A DNA stretch of 11,529 nt from Chlorokybus atmophyticus. Lineage: Eukaryota; Plantae; Mesostigma and Chlorokybus algae. Under the pieces are notes generated by a model that was given only the letters and a program-made list of their open reading frames with translations, made no database searches and had not been told where the DNA came from. The translations under genes and the position numbers were made by a program. Of the stretch, positions 1-7,489 are shown piece after piece. The stretch is taken from contig RHPI01003335.1 in NCBI GenBank assembly GCA_009103225.1, positions 1 through 11,529 on the forward strand, written 5' to 3'. Every line of letters starts with the position of its first letter. Position 1 is the stretch's first letter.

Positions 1-6
1 CCCTCC

Positions 7-30
7 GCGTGCGTGTGTGTGTGTGTGTGC
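7..30. repeat. (GT)n/(GC) dinucleotide microsatellite at the 3' end of an intron
   Basis: gcgtgcgtgtgtgtgtgtgtgtgc immediately precedes the AG acceptor at 31-32; (GT)8 at 13-28. Confidence 0.9.
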
Positions 31-32
31 AG

Positions 33-965
33 CTCGGGCAGGACTTCTTCAGGACCCCCATGCACGCCTCATAAACTACGACTTCAAACTTGTGGTGCAA
101 GGTAGGGCGTCTTCTTAACACACATCAGTCATGCGCCACTGAGTCCCCACTCAGTGGCGCATGACTGATGTGTGTACACTCGCGTGTATCACGTGTCACG
201 CTCTACTACTCGCAGATCTTGTTTGCCTGTTCTGCCTTTTGCAGCAAGCAATGTTTCAAAACCGCTAGTAATACTGTTACAACACATGTTGCTTCACCCT
301 GGTGAACAACACTCAGGCCAGAGGATTCAAACCAGTCGGTGGCCACTTGCAAGCCACATCAGCGTGTTGAAGGGCTTGCTGGAGTCAACAGACGACAACA
401 ACACGTTGACTTTGGATGATGAAGAGGCGAAGGCCATGCAGCAGTGTCTGCAGATGCTGCGCCCAACGTCATTGACAGACCAGAAGATAAACTCCATGGT
501 AAGTTTGGGCCAAGGCCGAAGCACGAGCAGCCCTCGACAAGCCAGTTGAAGTAACCGCTTTATCTTTATTTTTTGGTTTCTGTTCTTTTTGGCTTGCAGG
601 ATGATGCCGCTGATCTGCTTGAGTTGGCCAGAAAATACGACGTGAAGATGTTGTATGATTGCTGTGAAAAGTGTTTTAATTATTTAATTATTAAGCTCAC
701 CCCAACTTCAAAGCTGGCATGTGTATCAGTGGTCAAGGATGGCAGTGCTTGCGGACACATACGACCTGCCAAATGTTCGCCAGCACGTCATCTCTAAGCT
801 GCAGTCTCCCAATAGCACACAAGGATTGAAAAAAAATAATTTCTGCGAGACCGCTGTACGGATACGGTGCTTGAAGTTCTGTTTCAGCAAATTGCAGATG
901 AGCGGGAGCGCAACAAGGCCTTGAGGAAGACACTTGGACTCTGGAGAATTGTAACAGGCTCGTAG
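33..965 (+). pseudogene. BTB/POZ domain protein with BACK-like helices, 5'-partial, disrupted by two frameshifts (probable pseudogene or assembly errors)
   Basis: Exons 33-101, 317-498 and 600 onward are joined by in-phase GT-AG introns (102-316, 499-599). They give ...LLQDPHARLINYDFKLVVQGQRIQTSRWPLASHISVLKGLLESTDDNNTLTLDDEEAKAMQQCLQML...DDAADLLELARKYDVKMLYDCCEK, a typical BTB pattern. The frame stops at 795-797. The BACK-like MAVLADTYDLPNVRQHVISKL continues in the +1 frame from 739. LRDRCTDTVLEVLFQQIADERERNKALRK returns to the original frame at 843, with TAG at 963-965. Confidence 0.65.
118..175. repeat. Perfect 27-bp inverted repeat with CCCC loop (intronic hairpin)
   Basis: ACACACATCAGTCATGCGCCACTGAGT (118-144) + CCCC + ACTCAGTGGCGCATGACTGATGTGTGT (149-175); the arms are exact reverse complements, checked base by base. 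Confidence 0.95.
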
Positions 966-1414
966 TATCAACCTGCCCAAGCAGCAGAAAACAGTCGTGG
1001 GGAACGTGTCAAGCACTCTTGTTGTTGGAGTTCTCTTAGAAACACGAGTAAACTCAACGCATGTTACGGTCATCTAGCCCGTGAGGCAGGTGTGTCTGTG
1101 TGCCCCGAAGTTACAATTGTTGCAAGCATGTGTTCATGTGTTCATCTGCAAACGATCAGCAAGCTCGTCGCATGCACCAACAGCCATCATGCACCTCCTT
1201 GACGCCAGGACCGCTGCTGCTGAGGCATTGTTGCGGTGATGAGGACAGCGAGCGAATGCAGTGACAGCGACACGAACAGCGGGGTGACGCCAAGGGTAGC
1301 GTGTAGGGTATGTGTTGTGTGCCGTGGGCTGGGGAGACGTGGAATGTGGGACATGTGTGGTGTATGATGTGTGACAGTCTCCCGCAGCGCTCAACCACCA
1401 GCGCAGTCAGCAGC

Positions 1415-1995
1415 CTACTGAGTTGGCACCCAGCCTCCTCCACGTCGACTGGCTGCCAGCTTGTTGGCAAATAATTCAGCGAATGTGGCAACATACAGCA
1501 ACTCAGGCAAGCTGTTGTCTGAATCTTGGAGATGCATGTGCATGGGTCATCTCTGCGTGTGTGCACGCACGCATGTACATCATGCGGTGTAGGTCGCAAC
1601 ACAGCATGACCAGCACAGATGCATGTACACACGAGCATCATGATTGGCGGCCGTTGTCACTTGTGTTGAGAGGTGATGCGGGACTGCCAATGAAACAGCG
1701 GTGACATGAACAGGCCTTTTCTTGCTTGCTTTGAAAACCACTGTTTGGACCGTGTCTCAACTTGACAAGAGCGTTAGGCCTACACCTGACACAGCTTTGC
1801 ATGCTGAAGTGTGCCGCCGCAACCGCAAGTGTGGCACAGCTAGCGCGCCAATGCACTGCCATCCGCTGATCGACGGCTGGACTCACTCGTCCCTCCTGCT
1901 GCAGCTTTGTATGACGATGTTGCTGTACTAGTAATTTCACACTGCTGCAGGCCTCGTTCTGATACCTTGCCTATGCCACCCGTCGCGGCACACAT
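1415..1995 (-). CDS. Candidate two-exon orphan ORF (about 70 aa), unrecognised
   Basis: Exon 1995-1887 (MCAATGGIGKVSERGLQQCEITSTATSSYKAAAGGT) ends at a phase-1 GTGAGT donor. Exon 1518-1415 follows a TTCAG acceptor in matching phase (NNSLPELLYVATFAELFANKLAASRRGGGWVPTQ*). A minus-strand TGTAA lies at 1111-1115. No family recognised. Confidence 0.25.
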
Positions 1996-2035
1996 GCATG
2001 CATGTAGAGTAGCACAGTCTAAGGGCTCTTACTTT

Positions 2036-2040
2036 TTACA
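2036..2040 (-). terminator. Putative chlorophyte poly(A) signal TGTAA for the BLISTER-like gene
   Basis: First minus-strand TGTAA (plus TTACA) downstream of the stop at 2570-2572, giving a 3' UTR of about 530 nt. UGUAA is the established Chlamydomonadales poly(A) signal. Confidence 0.35.
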
Positions 2041-2569
2041 CAACTACGTGCCCTATGTGCTGTGTATGCATGCAACAACGCTTGTCTAGTGCTGTGACAG
2101 ATTATGCACAAGCTATGGCTTGATAAGGTACTGGTTAGTCAGTCATGCTGACTGCCTCGCTTGCTCTTGTAGCAATCTGTTGGCAACTGATGCACACTGA
2201 CACGCCTTTTCATGCAAGTTGCCCCTTGCCTTGGACGCGCTGCTTGTGTGCATTGTCGCATGCTTGATGTGAGTGGCCTACCCTGCTGCCACCCACGAGA
2301 GAAACGACCCATATCCCGCACTCATGCCCAACATAACAGTAGGAGTAGCACAACCTGTTGGCAGGGCGTTGCGCGCTGTGCGTGGCGTAGTGGAACAGCG
2401 AAGGACAACCAACGAAGCATCACACACCGAACTGCCTTGCTTGATGATGGTCAACACTTCAAAACAGAGACAGGTTTCTCCTCTGAACGTGGCGCAACAC
2501 GCGCGCATACACGCTGCCACATGAATGACATGACATAACAATTGATTCAGCACCTTTCAAAGAGAAAGT

Positions 2570-5500
2570 TTATAGGCTTCTGGTTGTCCTACGCTTGGGT
2601 CGACTCGTTGGAAGGAACCCCAGCAGCCACCCAAAGATATGTTCAACCACCTGTGTGGCACACATTGAGCACTAACATCCCGCAAGTGCGTTACAAAGTT
2701 TGTGCACAGCTCACACGCATAGAAACACGCACACAATTTGTGCACGCACCTCTTCCTGTTCTTCATCACCGTCATTGGCTGGCGACGACGCTTTGCTGGC
2801 AACGGGCATCCCATGCGTGATGCTCTGCGCCACGAGCAGCTCCAGCCTTTGCGTTTGGTTCTCAAGCCGCTCGGACAAGTCGCGCTTCGCACTCTGCCAT
2901 GCACGCATGGTAACTCACAGAGTGGCACCTTCTCAAAAGCTGCAACACACATGACATGTGCATATTGACATACCCTCAGTTGAGCAGCATTGTTGGATTC
3001 ATGCACCAGTGCGGCCGCGAGCCTCTTCTGGTTGCTGGACAGCTCAGATATCAGACCATGTATGCTGTCAATGACCCTCAGCTGCTCTTGTGACACTCCA
3101 CCAGCCTGGTTGGTGTGTAACACAACACGACAGTTGGTTAACTCTCCGTCATTATGTCTTTTGTTGTGATGCAGGCAGTGCAGTCCACCTTGAGAGCTTC
3201 TGCTGCTGCCGCTAGTGCGTCGCTGCCACTTGTGCCAGGCTTTTCGCTCGCAAGACCTGCAGCTGCTGTTGTTGATGTGTGTCCACGGTGTATGTTGTGT
3301 ATTCAATGTGTACACAACAAGGTGCATGCGTGCCTGCGCGTGTGCGCATCTGTGTGCGCGTGTGTGTGCCTTTATGTGTATCTGCGCGCATGTGCAACTG
3401 TATGCACGCGCGCATGTGTATGTGTGATCAGGAACTTGACCGGCAACACGAGCACAAAGCTTTACAAGCTCAACAAATAGCCTTACAATAATAGCACACA
3501 GCATTGTACAACGTCGTCAACCACCACCACCACCACCACCACCACCACCACCACCACAACAACAACAGCGGAACATACTTGGTGGAAACCTGAAGGATAC
3601 CAACCGATCAACACTCCTTGCGGACATGGATGTTGATCGCTCGAGGCGACGCACAACGGAGTCACTCGCTGCTGCACAAAGCACAAACAACAGGATTGTC
3701 AAGTCATATCTACGCTCTCAAATGACCAGGATGTTGATAACTTATGTGTGCATCTCATAAGCACAGTACCTGCTGCCATGGCAGCAGACACGGCAGCTGC
3801 AGCACGCGCAGAACCCTCCTCAGCAGCCTTCTCCAACGACTTCATTTTCTGCTCATCCTCTGAGCAATAGTAACAATTACATCATAATGATGGTGCTGCC
3901 TTGTTTCATCCATGCGTGCGTGTTCGTTTGTGCGTGTGTGTGTTGTTAGCAAGTGGTCCTTGTGCAGAGGACACGACACTGAACATGAAGGACTGCTCGC
4001 GAAGGCATGATACTTGACAGGATAGCACACAACAAATGAACTTGCTAGTTGGTGAGGCACTCACCTGCAAACTCAGCTTCATCTGTCTGCACAGCTATTG
4101 CTGCAGACGCTTTGGGTGCGCTTTCAGCGTGAGCCGCTGTGCCATTGGCCTGCGGCTTGCGGGGACTCACCTCCGCTAGCTGTCACAGCACACACAAATT
4201 CAGTAGAACACGCAGGCACTAGTCACAGCTGACACATAATCCACCAATGACATGCATGAGAGAATACAACTGTATATTATTGCATGCAACTTACAGGGCC
4301 GTCAAGCGAGGCTCTTCTCAATCTGATTGAAAGGTTGCGCTTCTCATCTTGCAGCGCCTCGACTTGCGCACGCAAAGCTGCGCGCTCGGCGGAAACCGAA
4401 TCCAAAGCCTGCCTGGCAAACAATGACGCTTGATACAAACCACTCTTTATGACGATGCGCATGCATACACACATTGCGAAGCAATGAACTGACATGACCA
4501 AAAAGGGCTCATGAGAAATTGGACAATAAACAACACGTACTTGCTGTGGGCGGCCTGCGATTGCAAGATATCAAAGTCTCGACGCAGCTTGAGCTCAGAT
4601 GACCTGAGTTTCAATAACTACAAGCCAAACATAAGATATAATGCGATAATCAAGCAATTTGTCATGATGCTCAACAGCATGGTGCACATATGTACACGTG
4701 AATCACCTTGTCCTCAAGTTCAACATTCTCCTTTGCAAGCGCCTGTGCGCGCTCAACAGCCTCCTGATAAAGCTTCTTGGCTTCGTTCTTCTCTGCTGAC
4801 AATGCTGCCAGCACCGCCTGCATGCACATGTAATCAACACACACGCGCATGCACAATATATGTAATCTTGAGGTAATGTATATGACCTTAGAACATTGCA
4901 CCGAATACGCAAAGTACCCACGATGCACACAGTCTTAAGGCACAGTATCCGTAAGAGGTGTATGTCAAGACTGGTGCAGCAACCAACAAAGCCAACTCAC
5001 TGTTTGCGCATTGATTTCTGCCTGATAGCGCTCTGCATCCAATTTGAGATTCTCAACCACTTTGCCCTGTGGACACACATGGCATCAGCCAACATGCAGG
5101 ACACAGAAGCAATGGATTGAAGCCAAAGCCAAAGGCAAGCGTGGACAATTGCATGCAAACCCGATACCAAAGCATTGTAGTTTTCGGCAAGAGAACTGTT
5201 CTCAATAGCCAGGGCGTTCGCAACAGCATTTTGTCCTTCTAACCCTCTCAAGAGTGCAAACTTCTCCTGTGTCAGGTCTTCAATGTGCTGCACACAGCTG
5301 ACACATAAGGCCAGCATGCACTAGTAACATGTCCATAATGCCAGGCCAAGCATATGTGTCTGCGTATTTCAATTCAAGGGCCGTGTATCAACCAGCTAAA
5401 CCTGCGTGAGTATGTCTACCACACATGTGTACATACGCCTGTGTGCATGTGCGCAAGCATGTCTACGCGTGCGCATGCGCATGCGAATGCGCATGCACGC

Positions 5501-7228
5501 ACGCGTGTACATGAATGTATACACATGTCTGCATGCGTGCGTGCATGTGAAACACTACAAAGAAACATGGCAAACAAGAGCCAACCTGCTGTAGGTCATG
5601 AAACTGGTTTGTTCCTGGTGTAGGAGGCGGCGGTGAAGCCGGCCTTGAAGCGGGTCGCGGTGGCGGCGGGGGCGGCTTTGGTAGCGGCGACTGCGGGCGC
5701 GAGTCCAGCCTCGGGGACGCGATGTTGGGATCTGACGTTGAGGGCGTCAACATGGTCGGCCTCGACGCGGTCCTTTGGAAGAAAGATGGTGACGCCAATG
5801 GCGTTGTTGCAGCAGACTGTTGTGCGGATGAAGAAGTCACTGTGGCTGCTGCATCACCAAATGACGGCCGCACAATCGTTTGATCATCGATTGGCAAGGA
5901 GTATGCTGGCCTCTGCTGGGTGGTCATGAACAATACGATTGTTTACCACTTAGCAATGGAAGCAACTCTGTGACCACTGCATGGGACAAGGCTTGCCTAC
6001 AGATTAAATATCTTGAGGCAATATAACAACATCAATGTCAAGTCTGCCTATCTGCAAGTGTGTGTTCATCTGTGTCAAGGGTTGCAAGAGCAGATGCATG
6101 CTACTATGCAGGGCCACAATTGGCAGTGACTCATCACAGGGTATGATGACATTCAGACTGGGTTTGCTCGGACCGTACCTGAGAGTTCATTGCAAGGCTT
6201 GTTGGAACACTGCTGCTTTGGTAATAGCCCAATGGGCTGGCTTGGTAGCCTGATGGCTGCTGCAGAGGGGAAACTGCTATTGATGGTTGTTGCTGTTGTT
6301 GTTGGCTTCCAGCAGCGTAGTACCGCATCGGACTGCCGGCAACACTTGAGGGTGACGTGGCTGCGTACGGATTGGGAGAGCTTGCGGGTGTGTTGTAAGG
6401 CTGGGACGGGACATATGAGCCAGACATTGGGTACGAAGGCCGCTGCCTGCAAGTTTTCGCTATGTGAGTTACCGTGCATATGATGTGTCAATTGTGCGGA
6501 AACCAAACTGTATAGAGAGCGTGAAGTACGCATGCAGGGGTTTGCTCCTACTAAACTGTGCACCGCTCAAGCATGCCAGGTATAGACTATGCAGCATGAG
6601 ACACATGTGGTTGTAATTGTTCTCCATTTTAGAGCTCGCGCATCGAACTACAAAGAACATTTCTTCTGCAACGCCTATTCTGTGAGATTGTCTGATAGCC
6701 AATAGTACATATTTGTCACGGCAGCATACATCACAAGCAGCATACAGCACAATAGTCTCGTTGACTGACTTTCCGGCTGCGTTCAGTACAAGCTTAAGCT
6801 ACTACAGAAGCAAGCATGCACAGAACTTCGTGGCACGCAATGCTTGAGGCAACTTGGTTTTCACACCGCTGGTTCATGATAGTGTTTAGAAAAGAGAAGA
6901 TCAGTCATACTGTCAGCCAATCTTGCATGCAGTGCATGAATTGAAAACACTGCGAGCATGCAATGCTCGTGGAGCAGCTAGCGTACACTGAGATCAGAAT
7001 ACTTGACGAGCTCATAAGCATATAGTAGTTGTCGCGTTGGTAAAGCACCAGCTTGCAGCACACATTACGCAAGCAAGCAAGCATAAGCGTCTACTCAGCT
7101 GGAAAGCTTGCCTTACGTAACAAGTAGACCTACTTAATTACTAGAGACAGCTGGCGGCAGCATGCCAATGAACACACACAGACACAACAACCAACACGCA
7201 CACAAGCACAAGCACACATGGCTTACAT
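2570..7228 (-). CDS. BLI: BLISTER-like (BLI/KOS1) long coiled-coil protein, 15 exons, about 604 aa
   Basis: Exons (plus coordinates, in transcript order): 7227-7228 (AT of the start), 6179-6446, 5586-5915, 5168-5287, 5001-5066, 4707-4817, 4541-4617, 4295-4412, 4065-4179, 3770-3859, 3579-3671, 3189-3256, 2974-3105, 2750-2893, 2570-2650. All introns are GT-AG and phase-consistent; the total is 1815 nt. Motifs QHIEDLTQEKF, LKLRSSELKLRR, LQDEKRNL, QLRVIDSIHGLISEL, LENQTQRLELL and C-terminal VVEHIFGWLLGFLPTSRPKRRTTRSL* match in order those recalled for Arabidopsis BLISTER (QHIEDLTQEKF, LRLRSNELKL, LEAQTQRLEL, VVERVLGW..KRRTSKLL). Tandem acceptors at 5912/5915, 3668/3671 and 3256/3262/3265 are unresolved, and the 5' end is uncertain. 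Confidence 0.88.
3322..3426. repeat. Alternating purine-pyrimidine (TG/CG/CA) intronic tract
   Basis: tgcatgcgtgcctgcgcgtgtgcgcatctgtgtgcgcgtgtgtgtg...gcatgtgtatgtgtg inside BLI intron 3257-3578. Confidence 0.8.
3521..3565. repeat. Compound trinucleotide microsatellite (CCA)12(CAA)3, read as (TTG)3(TGG)12 on the BLI sense strand
   Basis: Read directly at 3521-3556 and 3557-3565; starts about 13 nt into the intron after the donor at 3578. Confidence 0.9.
5420..5548. repeat. Alternating purine-pyrimidine intronic tract with imperfect self-complementarity
   Basis: cacacatgtgtacatacgcctgtgtgcatgtgcgcaagcatgtctacgcgtgcgcatgcgcatgcgaatgcgcatgcacgcacgcgtgtac... in BLI intron 5288-5585. Confidence 0.8.
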
Positions 7229-7377
7229 GGTGTGGCAGCAGGAAGTTGCGGGGTAGACCTTTCAGGGCCCTGAAACAGGAGCAAGCTAATTGAGGGAGAA
7301 TGCTGATAACCACCCCACCTACGCTACTACGCCTCTACGACACTTGCATCCACCTTCACAGCCATGTCACCAGCGCG
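7229..7377. promoter_or_regulatory. Compact bidirectional promoter / 5' UTR region between BLI-like (-) and ARH-like (+) genes
   Basis: Only 149 bp separate the BLI start (7228) from the first plausible ARH start (7378). The sequence is C/T-rich on the minus strand left of about 7300 and C-rich on the plus strand to its right, like two outward-facing UTRs. It contains the palindrome TTTCAGGGCCCTGAAA (7260-7275). Confidence 0.5.
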
Positions 7378-7489
7378 ATGCTGGCTGTGGCTAGCCGGTC
7401 CAGCTCGTCCACTTTCACCTCCTCACACCTTCGCCTTTCCCCTCGCCTCCGCTTCCACGCCTCCGCAGCGATCACCAGGCAAAGCGTAG
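7364..7489 (+). promoter_or_regulatory. Out-of-frame upstream ORF (41 aa) overlapping the first ARH AUG
   Basis: gccATG at 7364 runs MSPARCWLWLAGPARPLSPPHTFAFPLASASTPPQRSPGKA to TAG at 7487-7489. It spans AUG 7378 and ends 128 nt before AUG 7618. It matters only if the transcription start is upstream of 7364. Confidence 0.35.

Noticed and set aside
118-175. CRISPR repeat, tRNA or rho-independent terminator reading of the hairpin
   Set aside because: It is a single copy with no spacer array, no cloverleaf and no U-tract, and it sits in a eukaryotic intron.
1384-1510. Plus-strand exon candidate (ccgcag acceptor ... CAG|GCAAGC) encoding LNHQRSQQPTELAPSLLHVDWLPACWQIIQRMWQHTATQ
   Set aside because: It needs a GC donor, has no convincing partner exons, and overlaps the better-supported minus-strand candidate.
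2136-2154. Short palindromes and hairpins (cagtca-tgc-tgactg; also 1113-1120, about 6791-6800, 7122-7135)
   Set aside because: Stems of 6 bp or less are expected by chance in 11.5 kb.
3154-3270. Plus-strand exon-like stretch after gatgcag (AVQSTLRASAAAASASLP)
   Set aside because: It is the antisense of BLI exon 3189-3256, which fits the minus-strand model in phase on both sides.
2557-3504. 315-aa minus-strand ORF, the longest in the track
   Set aside because: Only one exon (2974-3105) is in the true BLI frame; the rest is stop-poor intronic RY sequence or other BLI exons read out of frame.
7300-7377. In-frame ATG at 7300 extending the ARH ORF
   Set aside because: It falls where both transcription starts would have to lie, and the extra residues include Asp and do not look like a transit peptide; it cannot be fully excluded.
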